A DNA stretch of 64,000 bases from Methanobacteriota archaeon (GCA_016845365.1 JAERST010000024.1:160461-224460); one strand, 5' to 3'; shown: positions 1 to 9,825, counted from the first letter of the stretch. The notes: generated by a model not told the origin, from the sequence alone. A program made the numbers and translations.

Positions 1-1826
1 GGAATACGCTGCTCAAGACCGAATGTATCGACGAAAACCAACTCTCCTTCGGCCACCATCCCCGGAGTCAGCAAACCGGCTGGTTCGATGTCGAGAACGA
101 TAATCGGACAGGCTTCTAACTCTCCTTGAGATCGAATCGTTGCGATGCGTGAAAGCGCCCCTTCTACCGCGATTGAGTAAGTCCGCGAACCGCTTCCAGA
201 GCACGAAGTCACAAGAGAAATTCTCGAGTTTTCATCCCACGCAATTACTTCGGTTAAGCGCTCGCCATCGAGTCTGTGACCGATTGAATACCAGTCGAGG
301 TCGATATCCCATTGATGCTCGCCTTCGCACCCCACGGTCCCTCTGACGTAACCTGCTGAACCGTCGACTTCACTGGCGGGAAGTAACTCGAAACTCGATT
401 CTCCCTCGGTTATTTCGACAACGCGCGGGCCACCCTGTGCTGAAGCCGCAGAAGAGTGTACATCAACCAGCAAATCGCAAGATTGGTCGGCGCTGATGGT
501 TGCGATTATTGGTTCAGCGCCGAGAATCTCTAGAGGCCCTCTCGGAGATAAAACGTCAACTGAGGAGGGGGTTTCTGGGAAATCGAATGAGATTGTTGCT
601 TGAGTTCCTGTGAGATTATCGATTGTTGCGGTCCATGGCACGAGGCGGCCTCGGCTATCGCGGATTTCCATCCCCGAGGCGCCTAATTGGCCGCCCTCGC
701 TGAAGACGTCCCCCGCCGCTCCTGTATCGCGAGCACGCTCGAGGGCGGCATCACCATCGGCTTCGATGATTTTCACCCAAGCCGTGCCCGGGTCGGTATT
801 GACCAGATTATCATCCTCATTTCCGTTGTTGCGGTCTTGCTGCTCGACAAGGACGCCGTGGCCAGGGAGGGCTGAGTCGAAGCCGGAATCTGTTCGTAAA
901 GTGAAGCGAATCCATTCATTCGGCGCGATGGCGATTTCGAGTGATGAACCGCCATCGGTTATCCCGTTGATACTGTGTGTTGAGTCGATGTTCGGCGCGA
1001 TGATCGTGCTTCGCTCAATTCCGATGAGATCCATCGTCGAAGCCGCCGGCATCGCAGGAGATTTGCCATTGTCATTCCAATTACCGCTGGCCATCAGTCC
1101 CCAATCTCCGATGCCGTTCCAATTACTGCTCGGCAATTCGCTGTGAACATCGTAGAGGTCGAGAGCTCCCATTTGATGGAGCATCTCGTGAACAACAGTC
1201 CCTAAACCGGAGTCTATCGAAGCGATTGTGAAGTGTTCAATTGTCCATTCTCCCAGAGTTAGAGATTCTTGCATTGATGTAAAATGACTCCAAAATGAAT
1301 TGGCACCGCCGCCCTTTTCTTGCGGTTGGGCAGAATGCAGGATGAGTATACGGTCGACTGTGCCATCATTATCGAGGTCCCAGCGACTGAGGTCTTCACC
1401 GTCCAGCAAGTCGCTGGCGACCTCGGCCAGTAGCGTCTCAGCCCCATTACCATCAGCGCCAGCGTCTCGCTTACCGTCGACATCCTCTCCCCATCGCTTG
1501 ACTCCGTGAGGAGATTGCCAAACCTCGTCGAAGAGGGTGGCGCTGAGTGTGGACTGGTCAGCGGTGAGTTGGGCGATGTAATCCTCGGCCGAGTCTGCAC
1601 CTGTCAACAGAGCCCTCGCCTTGCTGTGAGCGAAGTTACTGCCGGGAAATTCAACCTGCAAAACTAGCCATTCTTCTGAGGCTTGAATTCCGAGCAAAGC
1701 CAATGGCTCTGGCTCATCACGAGGAGCCTGTTTCGAAGCCCAGTCGTCGACCAAATCGGCATTCATTTGGACGAAGAGAGCGCTGATGAGAAGAAGGGTC
1801 GCAATGACCGCTCTAAGCGCTCTCAT
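1..1826 (-). CDS. Secreted M6-family (InhA-like) zinc metalloprotease, partial. The gene runs off the window start, so the C-terminus is missing.
   Basis: Reverse-strand reading frame starts at the ATG whose complement is at 1824-1826 (MRALRAVIATLLLISALFVQMNA... is a signal peptide) and continues to position 1 without a stop, which is why it is absent from the ORF track. It contains HEMLHQMGALDLYD, matching the HEXXHXXGXXD zinc-binding signature of M6 peptidases. The listed ORFs 610..1146 and 1259..1600 are other frames of this gene. Confidence 0.55.
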   Translation of the reverse strand, partial: MRALRAVIATLLLISALFVQMNADLVDDWASKQAPRDEPEPLALLGIQASEEWLVLQVEFPGSNFAHSKARALLTGADSAEDYIAQLTADQSTLSATLFDEVWQSPHGVKRWGEDVDGKRDAGADGNGAETLLAEVASDLLDGEDLSRWDLDNDGTVDRILILHSAQPQEKGGGANSFWSHFTSMQESLTLGEWTIEHFTIASIDSGLGTVVHEMLHQMGALDLYDVHSELPSSNWNGIGDWGLMASGNWNDNGKSPAMPAASTMDLIGIERSTIIAPNIDSTHSINGITDGGSSLEIAIAPNEWIRFTLRTDSGFDSALPGHGVLVEQQDRNNGNEDDNLVNTDPGTAWVKIIEADGDAALERARDTGAAGDVFSEGGQLGASGMEIRDSRGRLVPWTATIDNLTGTQATISFDFPETPSSVDVLSPRGPLEILGAEPIIATISADQSCDLLVDVHSSAASAQGGPRVVEITEGESSFELLPASEVDGSAGYVRGTVGCEGEHQWDIDLDWYSIGHRLDGERLTEVIAWDENSRISLVTSCSGSGSRTYSIAVEGALSRIATIRSQGELEACPIIVLDIEPAGLLTPGMVAEGELVFVDTFGLEQRI

Positions 1827-1891
1827 GCCATCGACGGGGCTTTCCGTTCCCTTGAAGGGAACGGATTGTCGAATCCTCCAGAAGTCGTTTC

Positions 1892-3019
1892 CTACTGATT
1901 GGAGGATTCGTCAGAAGATGCACGATATTGAGATGTGTGCATCTGCACCGATTGCCGGCGCCACAGTTGGGAGTCAGAACGTGGATCATCAAGCCATCCG
2001 AGTCCAATGACCTGCGTCCCAGCCGACGTGAGAGCGTTCGTGAGGTAGTTGGGGATTGGAGTGCCATCACAACCTGTTACCGCCAAACGAGTGAGTCCGG
2101 TTCTGCGAGCGGTTTCGAGTAATTCTTCTTGCTCTCTCTGCTCAAGACATAATGCCCCTGCCTGAACTACTCCGATACCTCGCCCCGCCCACTGCCGGTT
2201 CATGCTCGGACAGGCTCCCTCACACGAACAATCCAGCATCAAAACTCGCTGAGTGTCCCCATCTCTGTCACGCAGGGTCGGAAGTCGAATAATTCGTGCT
2301 CCCAATGGTCCAGTCGGTGTGCTTCGGGACAGAATTTCCGTGAGGCAAGCAACCGTGACTGCAATCAAAACTCGGACTCCCTCGAAGGTGGCAGGTAATG
2401 TCAGGATTAGCGTGCCCGCGCAAATTGCGAGAATTCGGTTGCGGAATCGGCTGTGGCCACCTTCGACCAGGCCAAAAATCCGTGAGAGTGAAAGGAATAA
2501 GCTGCTGATGAAGAGGAGGATTAGGATCCAGGAAAGGCCGCTGGCTAGAGCGAATAATTCCGCTGCGTCGTAATGGGCAGATACTCCAGATATCGTATCC
2601 AGTTCTAGACCGATTTCGACGAAATATGGAATCATCTCGAACCATACCCAATAGAGAGTCAGAGGCACGAGGATAGCGCTTAGCAGAAGGAAGGAGTCAA
2701 ACCAGCGCTTTTCTGCCAAGGATAGGCCTGGGCGTGCAAATTTTCGGATATCGAGAGAAAGGAATGGTAGTGTCAACGTTGCAGCGATAATGAAAACTGC
2801 AACAATTCTCATCTCGACCCAATCGTAAGGGCCGTAAACCGAAAGCGCTCCTGCTGGAGATTGGGTCGATGCCCAATCGAATACGATTGATTCTATCCAA
2901 ATCGAAGTAATCGCGGCTATGATAACGAAGACGAGTGCCGCTCTTCGAATCACCGAATGAAGCTGTGCAAGGTGATTCGCAACCGGAACTGGCCGGTCGC
3001 CGAAAGAAGTTGATTCCAT
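1892..3019 (-). CDS. tatC: TatC-like twin-arginine translocase membrane subunit with a ~110-aa Cys-rich C-terminal extension
   Basis: Polytopic membrane protein. The N-terminal HLAQLHSVIRRAALVFVII and the LSLAEKRWFDSFLLLSAILVPLTLYWVWF region follow the TatC pattern (HLxELRxRL ... LxxxEKRxxxxxxSxxLF). The C-terminal tail contains LDCSCEGACPSM. Confidence 0.5.
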   Translation of the reverse strand: MESTSFGDRPVPVANHLAQLHSVIRRAALVFVIIAAITSIWIESIVFDWASTQSPAGALSVYGPYDWVEMRIVAVFIIAATLTLPFLSLDIRKFARPGLSLAEKRWFDSFLLLSAILVPLTLYWVWFEMIPYFVEIGLELDTISGVSAHYDAAELFALASGLSWILILLFISSLFLSLSRIFGLVEGGHSRFRNRILAICAGTLILTLPATFEGVRVLIAVTVACLTEILSRSTPTGPLGARIIRLPTLRDRDGDTQRVLMLDCSCEGACPSMNRQWAGRGIGVVQAGALCLEQREQEELLETARRTGLTRLAVTGCDGTPIPNYLTNALTSAGTQVIGLGWLDDPRSDSQLWRRQSVQMHTSQYRASSDESSNQ

Positions 3020-3020
3020 C

Positions 3021-4019
3021 TCACATCACATCGTGAACGGTGGGCTCGGCCTTCGCGGACCGTACCGTTCGATAGACACCGTAAGATGCCCATGCCGCGA
3101 TGAACCAAGCGCAGCCGATGATGAAATCACCTTGACCGCCATTTGCGGTCCAATCGACTGCTAAGTAGAATGCGAGAAGGGCGACGAGACCTCGACGAAT
3201 TCCTTGTGGGTAGGCCAATTCCATGGCCAAGTGCTCTGGCCCTGTTTGGTAACGGCGCTCCAAAATTTCGCGTTGGTAAACAGCGCCGACGAGGAGAGCG
3301 GTTAGAGAGGTCCAGTAGAATAGATTGCCTTTCTCGAAGATTCTGTCAGAGAGAGCTTCTTGGCGCTTAGCTTCCTTTTGTGCCTCGCTCTCCTCGAGAA
3401 CAAAGAGCGTGTCATAATCGCCAACGGCTATGGTGCGGGTTTGCAATGTTGCGGGGCTGTCTCCATAGGTAATCGTGCCTGGTGCATTGATTGAGAAGGT
3501 CAAGACATTCCAGTAATCGCCCTCATCAGGTAGACCACTAGAATCAACCGAGTTCCCTACGAGGCTGAAGTGAACAGCACCAGAATCCTCGCTCGGGGCT
3601 GTCCAAGTGAATGTCCAGACACCATTGCCAGTGTGAGCGTGGGAAATCGCATCTGGGTCATCTTCAGCCTCGCGGATATCTTCACTTGAATCCCAAGAAA
3701 AAGCCCCGACTCCGTTAGCAGTCAGGATGAATCCAGCCTTGGTATTACCATCGGAGCCGGCTAGGGTTACCGAGTCGGCGACGGTGATGATCATCTCGTA
3801 GGCTGCACCAGCATCGTACATCACCGGAACTCCAGAGATCATCACGACCGCGCGATCAGCAGTTGCACCATTACCGTGGCAGGAGCAACCGTATTTCACG
3901 GTCTCGTCATTATCTCCATTCAGTTGAGGAGGGCCTTGGCTATTACCGAAGGCCGGCAGAGCGAGTAGGCCAATGAGAATCAAAGCGACCAGAAGTCTTG
4001 GAGAACGACCCATCAGCAC
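3021..4019 (-). CDS. Exported, membrane-anchored protein with a conserved GCSCH (Cys-X-Cys-His) beta-rich domain; paralog of 49723..50538
   Basis: Sec-type signal peptide (RLLVALILIGLLALPAFG). Domain motifs GCSCHGNG ... SHAHTGNGVWTFTWTAPSEDSGAVHFSLVGNSV ... DYWNVLT are shared with the ORF at 49723..50538. Three C-terminal TM helices. Confidence 0.6.
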   Translation of the reverse strand: MLMGRSPRLLVALILIGLLALPAFGNSQGPPQLNGDNDETVKYGCSCHGNGATADRAVVMISGVPVMYDAGAAYEMIITVADSVTLAGSDGNTKAGFILTANGVGAFSWDSSEDIREAEDDPDAISHAHTGNGVWTFTWTAPSEDSGAVHFSLVGNSVDSSGLPDEGDYWNVLTFSINAPGTITYGDSPATLQTRTIAVGDYDTLFVLEESEAQKEAKRQEALSDRIFEKGNLFYWTSLTALLVGAVYQREILERRYQTGPEHLAMELAYPQGIRRGLVALLAFYLAVDWTANGGQGDFIIGCAWFIAAWASYGVYRTVRSAKAEPTVHDVM

Positions 4020-4093
4020 TCACCCTCAACTTTCTGCGGCCTCGTCGAACACATAACCATTGCTCGCTCGCCTCCCATGGGGAGGCGGAGAAA

Positions 4094-5524
4094 TCAGAGC
4101 TCCTTAACGGCGGCATTGAGTTCGTTCATCATCTTCTTGCCGTCTCCGAAGAGCATCATCGTCTTGTCTTCGTAGAAGAGGTCGTTATCGACTCCAGCAT
4201 AACCTACTGAGAGACTGCGCTTGATGATGACAACGGTGCGTGCCATGTCAGCATCGATGATTGGCATACCAGCCAGAGGACCCTCTCCCGTGCGGGCTGC
4301 AGGGTTGCAGGTATCGTTGGCTCCGATGATGAGAGCGATGTCTGCCTCAGGCATCTCTGGATTGATTTCATCCATCTCGATGAGTTGCTCGTACGGCACA
4401 TTTGCCTCAGCTAGTAAGACATTCATGTGACCGGGCATACGACCTGCGACAGGGTGGATTGCGTACTTGACCTCGGTGTCGAATTTCTCGGCGACGAGGT
4501 CGGCGAATTCCTTGACTTGGTGCTGGCACTGGCTAACCGCCATTCCATATCCTGGAACGATGATGATCTTCTGAGCCCCATCGACCATCATCGCAACCTC
4601 GTCAGCATCACTACCGACCTTGGTGCGTGTCAATTGCTCCTTATCCGAGCCTCCGAATGCCTTGAAGAGGACATCCTTGAGCTCGCGATTCATAGCCTTG
4701 CACATGATGAAAGTGAGGATTAATCCGCTCGCTCCGACCAGCGAACCAGCGACGATTAGTACGCTGTTGGAGATGATGAAGCCGGTGAAGGCGGCGGCGA
4801 TTCCGGACAGCGAGTTGAGTAGCGACACAACTACTGGCATATCGGCGCCGCCGATCGGAAGAACGAGCAGAACACCGAGGAGACATGAAATTCCGATGAT
4901 TGCGAATAGGTAATCGGTATTGGTTGGCTCCTCGATTGCCAAGATGATTAACGCCAAAGTTCCGAAGAAAAGTAGGGCCTTGATTGGATTAAGCCATTCA
5001 GGCCCCCAAGTCGGCGTGCGAATCCACTTGCCGAAGATTTCGACGCCGCCCTTGAGTTTGAGCATGGCGAGGAGAGAGCCGGTTAGGGTCATCCAGCCAA
5101 CTAGCGCGGAGAGTCCGGCGGCGACGACCATGACTTGCAATTCGAGCCCAGCAGGAAGTTCTAGGCTCGCATCCTCGATGTATTTCCACGACTCCGAGAG
5201 AGCGACGAGAGCTGATGCAGCCCCTCCAAATCCATTGAACAGAGCGACCAATTCAGGCATTCCCGTCATCTCGACGCGAACTGCCATGATCCAGCCGATT
5301 GCTCCACCAATCAGCAAACCACTGCCAATCAATGTCCAACCGACGATTCCTTCGCCGAGTTCCATTTGCAGAATCGTCGTCAACACAGCGACGAGCATTC
5401 CCATCGCACCGAGTTGGTTTCCGCGAGGTGCGGTGCGAGGGTGAGAGAGCTTCTTCAATCCGAAGATAAAGAGAGCAGCAGAAAGTAAGTAGCCAAGAGC
5501 CACCCAATCTGAGTCAAACATCAC
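4094..5524 (-). CDS. pntB: NAD(P) transhydrogenase subunit beta
   Basis: N-terminal polytopic membrane domain followed by the canonical C-terminal NADP(H)-binding domain (IIVPGYGMAVSQCQH ... HPVAGRMPGHMNVLLAEANVPY ... GANDTCNPAA). Confidence 0.9.
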   Translation of the reverse strand: MMFDSDWVALGYLLSAALFIFGLKKLSHPRTAPRGNQLGAMGMLVAVLTTILQMELGEGIVGWTLIGSGLLIGGAIGWIMAVRVEMTGMPELVALFNGFGGAASALVALSESWKYIEDASLELPAGLELQVMVVAAGLSALVGWMTLTGSLLAMLKLKGGVEIFGKWIRTPTWGPEWLNPIKALLFFGTLALIILAIEEPTNTDYLFAIIGISCLLGVLLVLPIGGADMPVVVSLLNSLSGIAAAFTGFIISNSVLIVAGSLVGASGLILTFIMCKAMNRELKDVLFKAFGGSDKEQLTRTKVGSDADEVAMMVDGAQKIIIVPGYGMAVSQCQHQVKEFADLVAEKFDTEVKYAIHPVAGRMPGHMNVLLAEANVPYEQLIEMDEINPEMPEADIALIIGANDTCNPAARTGEGPLAGMPIIDADMARTVVIIKRSLSVGYAGVDNDLFYEDKTMMLFGDGKKMMNELNAAVKEL

Positions 5525-5832
5525 TGACCACCTCGCTTCTTACCTGCAATCATGTTCAGCATACGATTTGTCACAGCAAATCCGCCAACTACGTTGATCA
5601 TTGCTAGAACAACTGCGATGAATGCGAGAATACCACTGACCATCGTGTCCCCACCGGAGTAAGCGACGTTAGCTCCGACAAGGGCACCGACGATACTGAT
5701 TCCCGAGATTGCATTTGCACCGCTCATAAGTGGTGTGTGCAGAGTCGCTGGCACCTTCGTGATCAGTTCGAACCCGAGGAAAATCGACAGTGCGAAGAGT
5801 GTGATTGAGCCGATTAGCATTGTTGGATCCAT
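5521..5832 (-). CDS. pntA: NAD(P) transhydrogenase alpha subunit, membrane part (PntAA2)
   Basis: 103-aa, 3-4 TM protein lying between pntA1 and pntB with translational coupling (overlapping stop/start). Typical split-PntA arrangement. Confidence 0.8.
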   Translation of the reverse strand: MDPTMLIGSITLFALSIFLGFELITKVPATLHTPLMSGANAISGISIVGALVGANVAYSGGDTMVSGILAFIAVVLAMINVVGGFAVTNRMLNMIAGKKRGGQ

Positions 5833-6992
5833 CAGAGAACACCTCCTAACCTAGTCTGCTTTGGGTGCATTTTCCCGTCAGAACAGATGAGGACGCCGCC
5901 CATTCCTGGGACGTGGAAATCGTTACCCTCGGGCGCACCGACGAGGACATCATCTTCCTCCGAGAGGACTAGTTCACCCTCCTTGGTGATTGAAGTGATG
6001 AACGTTGTAAGATTGTTTGAGTAAAGCATTGAAGCGGTATTAGCGAGAGTTCCGGGCAAGTTCTTCGTTCCGATGATTGTTACACCATTCTCGGTAGTGA
6101 TGACTTCGCCGGCCACGGTATCCTCGCAATTACCACCAACATCCGCGTTCATATCGACTATTACTGCGCCTGACTTGAACGCGGCGACCGCGCTGCTCGG
6201 CACTGTGATCGGTGCAGGACGCCCGAAGATTCGCGCGGTCGTGACAATGATGTCAGCGTCTTTGGCGACACCGCAAACGGTGTCGTTGACCTTTTGGATG
6301 AATTCGGGAGTGAGAGGCTTGGCGTAGCCGGATTCATCCTCGAAATCATCCATTCCATCAACTTCGATGAAGCGCCCGCCGACCGATTCAATTTGCTCGG
6401 CGGCTGACTTGCGAACATCCGATGCGTATACGACAGCACCCAAGCGCTTGGCGGTGGCGATGGCTTGCAGGCCAGCGACACCGCTTCCCATGATTACCGC
6501 CTTTGCAGGACGTACTGTTCCTGCAGAAGTCGTCATCATCGGTATGCCCTTTGCGACTGCTGCTGCACCGAGCAGGACAGCCTTGTATCCGGCTAGATTG
6601 TCCTGACTCGAATTAACATCCATCGATTGAGCTCGAGAGAGACGACGCGGAATCATATCCATCGAAAGCAGAGTTACCTCCGCGTCGAGGCACGCCTGAA
6701 CCTTCTCAGGGTGCCGGAAAGGATCTGCAACACAAGCGACGACCTGTCCGGAGTGGAGGTCTGAGACATCGGGAAGGTGTATCGAAATGATTAGCGGGGC
6801 AGCCAGAACATCGGAACGACTTGTCACCGTAGCACCGGCATCTGAGTACTCTGCGTCGGAGTGATTTGCAGAGATTCCAGCGCCGGATTCGACAACGACC
6901 TCAAAGCCAGACTTGCCGAGTTTGCGCAACGATTTCGGGACGATTGCGACCCTGTTCTCTCCCTCTGGCTCCTTCAAAACACCCAGTATCAT
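5832..6992 (-). CDS. pntA: NAD(P) transhydrogenase alpha subunit, soluble NAD(H)-binding part (PntAA1)
   Basis: Alanine-dehydrogenase/PNT fold with Rossmann motif VIMGSGVAGLQAIATAKRLGAVV. The likely true start is MILGVLKEPEG (6992) rather than the ORF-track start at 7091. Confidence 0.85.
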   Translation of the reverse strand: MILGVLKEPEGENRVAIVPKSLRKLGKSGFEVVVESGAGISANHSDAEYSDAGATVTSRSDVLAAPLIISIHLPDVSDLHSGQVVACVADPFRHPEKVQACLDAEVTLLSMDMIPRRLSRAQSMDVNSSQDNLAGYKAVLLGAAAVAKGIPMMTTSAGTVRPAKAVIMGSGVAGLQAIATAKRLGAVVYASDVRKSAAEQIESVGGRFIEVDGMDDFEDESGYAKPLTPEFIQKVNDTVCGVAKDADIIVTTARIFGRPAPITVPSSAVAAFKSGAVIVDMNADVGGNCEDTVAGEVITTENGVTIIGTKNLPGTLANTASMLYSNNLTTFITSITKEGELVLSEEDDVLVGAPEGNDFHVPGMGGVLICSDGKMHPKQTRLGGVL

Positions 6993-7130
6993 CAACAACA
7001 CGCTCGCCCCGATGAGCCGTAGGCTCAAGTCAGGTAAGGTGAGCGACCGACACTCGATTATTGAATCAAACGGATGGTGTGGTTCCTGCACCGACTCGGG
7101 CGAGCGAGAAATTGTCGTTTTCTTGCGACT

Positions 7131-7853
7131 TCAGAAGAGCAGGAAATAGGCCACGCCAAAGACTGCAACGTCTGCGATTGCGTGGGAGACCCAACAGGCT
7201 GCGAGAGAGCGGTGCCGGAGCCAAAGAATTGACCAAATTGCTCCTGCACCGAGGATGGCGATGGTTGCCAAAGCATTCTGCCAGAGTGCGAAATAATAGG
7301 TCAGAGCAACTGTGTGATGCAGAGTGAAAATCACAGCTGAACCGGCGACTGAGGCTGCATTATTTCCGGTCAATTCGAAGAGGCGGTCGCCGATGAATTG
7401 CCTGAAGACAAATTCTTCGATTAGGCTATTGATGAAAATCCAGTAAAAGGCGCCAAGAAAAAATGTGGTTGGATTAAGCAGGCCAGTGGCGCCGATTTCA
7501 TCCCGCATCAGATCGATATCAACCGAGTCACCGAGTACAAAGTAAGTTGCAGCAATAACCGCAAACATCCCAAGTCCCGAAACTATCGATTCGTTACGTG
7601 CCTGCACGGAAAATTTGTCGAGGCCAAGCAAGTCTCGAATTGAAAATGCCTTGACCTCGAGGCGATACAGCCACCACAAGGGAATTCCGATTATCCACAA
7701 TTTTGCAAAGACGAAAAAGGCCTGTCCGGCAAGTTCGCTCGAGGACCAAGAGTAGGCGAATAGAATCGAAGTGGTCGGCATCAAGGCTACAAGAAGTAGC
7801 GAGAGAAATGCCGCTGTGCGCCTCTCCATGCAAATAGCAGAAGCATCGCACAA
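7131..7853 (-). CDS. CPBP-family (CAAX protease/Abi-like) intramembrane metalloprotease
   Basis: Polytopic membrane protein carrying the three CPBP motifs: EEFVFRQ (EExxxR), FTLHH (FxxxH) and HAIAD (HxxxD/N). Confidence 0.7.
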   Translation of the reverse strand: MCDASAICMERRTAAFLSLLLVALMPTTSILFAYSWSSSELAGQAFFVFAKLWIIGIPLWWLYRLEVKAFSIRDLLGLDKFSVQARNESIVSGLGMFAVIAATYFVLGDSVDIDLMRDEIGATGLLNPTTFFLGAFYWIFINSLIEEFVFRQFIGDRLFELTGNNAASVAGSAVIFTLHHTVALTYYFALWQNALATIAILGAGAIWSILWLRHRSLAACWVSHAIADVAVFGVAYFLLF

Positions 7854-7938
7854 TTGAGGTTGTTGCAGTCATGGATTGAACGAACCTCTCGCCAAAGGCT
7901 AAGGATGGATTGCAGACCGGCCGGAACGAGGGAACCTC

Positions 7939-8877
7939 ATGGCACGCGGAGCAAGAAAGGTAGCAGTCATCGGAGCGGGGAATGTCGGCGCGACTTGCGC
8001 ATTCGTTTTGGCGGAGCGCAAGGTCGGAGAAATCGTACTACTGGATATCTTCGAGGGCTTTGCAAAGGGTAAGGCCCTCGACATGAGCCAAGGTGGTCAG
8101 ATTCTCAATTACGATGGTAAGATTACTGGCACTGCAGACTACGCAGATATCGCTGGAGCAGATGTTGTTGTGGTTACTTCTGGATTCCCGCGAAAGCCGG
8201 GAATGACTCGCGAAGACCTCATCGGCAAGAATGCTGAGATCATCTCCCAAGTTGGAGCAGGAATTCGCGAGCACGCACCAGACGCTGTAGTTGTCATGGT
8301 CACCAATCCGCTCGACCTGATGACCTACCACATGCAGAAGGTCACAGGCTTCCCACCAAAGCGCGTGGTTGGTCAAGCCGGAATCTTGGATTCGGCACGA
8401 ATGACCCACTTCATCGCCGAAGCTGTTGGATGCTCCAACGAAGATGTTCAGGCGATGGTCCTCGGTGGCCACGGAGATACCATGGTCCCACTACCACGTT
8501 ACACAACAGTTGGTGGAATTCCAATCACTCAACTGCTCGATGAAGAGACCATCGATGCGATTTGCAAGCGCACCGCCGGAGGCGGCGGAGAGATTGTCAA
8601 ATTGCTCGAGCGCGGCAGCGCTTTCTACGCTCCCGGTTCAGCTGCCGCAATCATGGCTGAATCGGTCCTCAACGACCGAAAGCGAGCCCTTCCCTGCAGT
8701 GCTTACCTGACCGGACAGTACGGACTCGATGATGTTTACATCGGTGTACCTGTTGTGCTCGGTTCAAACGGAGTCGAGCGCATCATCGAGTTAGAACTCG
8801 AGGCGCCTGAATTGGAGAGTCTGCAAGGCTCGGCCAACTTCTACAAGAGTCAATTGAGTGAATTGCTCGGCTACTGA
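7939..8877 (+). CDS. mdh: Malate dehydrogenase (LDH-like, archaeal type)
   Basis: N-terminal Rossmann motif VAVIGAGNVGATCAF plus LDH/MDH family catalytic region; 312 aa. Confidence 0.85.
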   Translation: MARGARKVAVIGAGNVGATCAFVLAERKVGEIVLLDIFEGFAKGKALDMSQGGQILNYDGKITGTADYADIAGADVVVVTSGFPRKPGMTREDLIGKNAEIISQVGAGIREHAPDAVVVMVTNPLDLMTYHMQKVTGFPPKRVVGQAGILDSARMTHFIAEAVGCSNEDVQAMVLGGHGDTMVPLPRYTTVGGIPITQLLDEETIDAICKRTAGGGGEIVKLLERGSAFYAPGSAAAIMAESVLNDRKRALPCSAYLTGQYGLDDVYIGVPVVLGSNGVERIIELELEAPELESLQGSANFYKSQLSELLGY

Positions 8878-8917
8878 GCCGTCGCATTCATGCGCTTTGC
8901 GCTGCACAGAACCCACG

Positions 8918-9679
8918 ATGAGTGAGATGCGACGCCACATCCATCTCGAGCATGATGGCAAATTGCTACTCGTCGATTTGGACGGCAACGGCCCTGCCAT
9001 CCCGCAAATGGGACGGGCCGGTTCCGGCGGCTTCTCGATTCGCCTACCAACCCCCGAAGAAGCCGAAGCAATGGGACTAACCTGGAAATCAAAACGCACC
9101 AATCGCTTCCGCCTCGGCCAAGATATGCACGAAGTCATCGTCGCCACACCTGAGATAGATTGGCCCGGAGAATGGGCTTGGAAAGATGCGGTAATCAGCG
9201 ATAGTGAGGTCGACCCGGTGGCCCGAGAGTCAGTCTATCGAACGCTCCACCGGGTCGTAAGCAAAGTCGTAGTAATCAATCCGCGCGGCGAGGTCCTGAT
9301 GGGCAAAGTAACGCGCGGATTCTTCACCGGTTGTTGGACCCTGCCAGGAGGTTTCGTCGATTATGATGAGCACCCACGTATTGGGGCTGAACGTGAGGCT
9401 TTGGAAGAATTAGGAATCAATATCCGAATCGCAGACCCACTAGGCGAGTCAAGCCAAGGCAGCGAAGGCGAAGGAACACCAATCGTCAGGCAAGAAATAT
9501 TCACACCCGACGGAATATGTTGGCTCTCATTCACATATCGATGCCAAGCGGACATTCCAGCAGAGGACATCGTGCCGAAAGACGATGAAATCGAAGAGGC
9601 GCGATGGTTCTCAAAAGAAGAAGCCCTCCAGGTCGCAGTCTCTCTTTTCGACATTGAAGCCATCCAGAAATTCCTCTAA
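8918..9679 (+). CDS. Nudix hydrolase with ~110-aa N-terminal domain of unknown function
   Basis: Nudix box GGFVDYDEHPRIGAEREALEELGI (GX5EX7REUXEEXGU). The ORF-track start at 8858 overlaps the mdh end, so the start more likely lies at MSEMRR (8918). Confidence 0.75.
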   Translation: MSEMRRHIHLEHDGKLLLVDLDGNGPAIPQMGRAGSGGFSIRLPTPEEAEAMGLTWKSKRTNRFRLGQDMHEVIVATPEIDWPGEWAWKDAVISDSEVDPVARESVYRTLHRVVSKVVVINPRGEVLMGKVTRGFFTGCWTLPGGFVDYDEHPRIGAEREALEELGINIRIADPLGESSQGSEGEGTPIVRQEIFTPDGICWLSFTYRCQADIPAEDIVPKDDEIEEARWFSKEEALQVAVSLFDIEAIQKFL

Positions 9680-9825
9680 CAGAAAATACCCAGTAAGAGC
9701 AGAAAAATGCGCTCCGAGTTTCTGACTATGAATCCAAGCGGGAGCAAAAATAGTCGGCGACAAAGTCGCCAAAATTGAGCGCAGTCGCGCTCTAGAGAGC
9801 GCGATATCTCAGAAACGAGGAGAAG

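Noticed and set aside
610-1600. ORF-track entries 610..1146, 687..875, 773..955, 1259..1600 and 1300..1509 (Pro/Ser-rich translations)
   Set aside because: All lie inside, and out of frame with or antisense to, the long minus-strand metalloprotease reading frame that runs from 1826 to the window edge. The translations are low-complexity and lack motifs.
3021-4019. Interpreting the GC(S/T)CH proteins as c-type cytochromes
   Set aside because: Heme c attachment requires CXXCH (or longer spacing). CXCH is not a known heme-binding site, so they are reported as an unknown-cofactor domain instead.
4221-5444. Plus-strand ORFs 4221..4430, 4427..4723, 4620..4913 and 4920..5444 (up to 174 aa)
   Set aside because: Antisense to pntB, whose product is conserved end to end.
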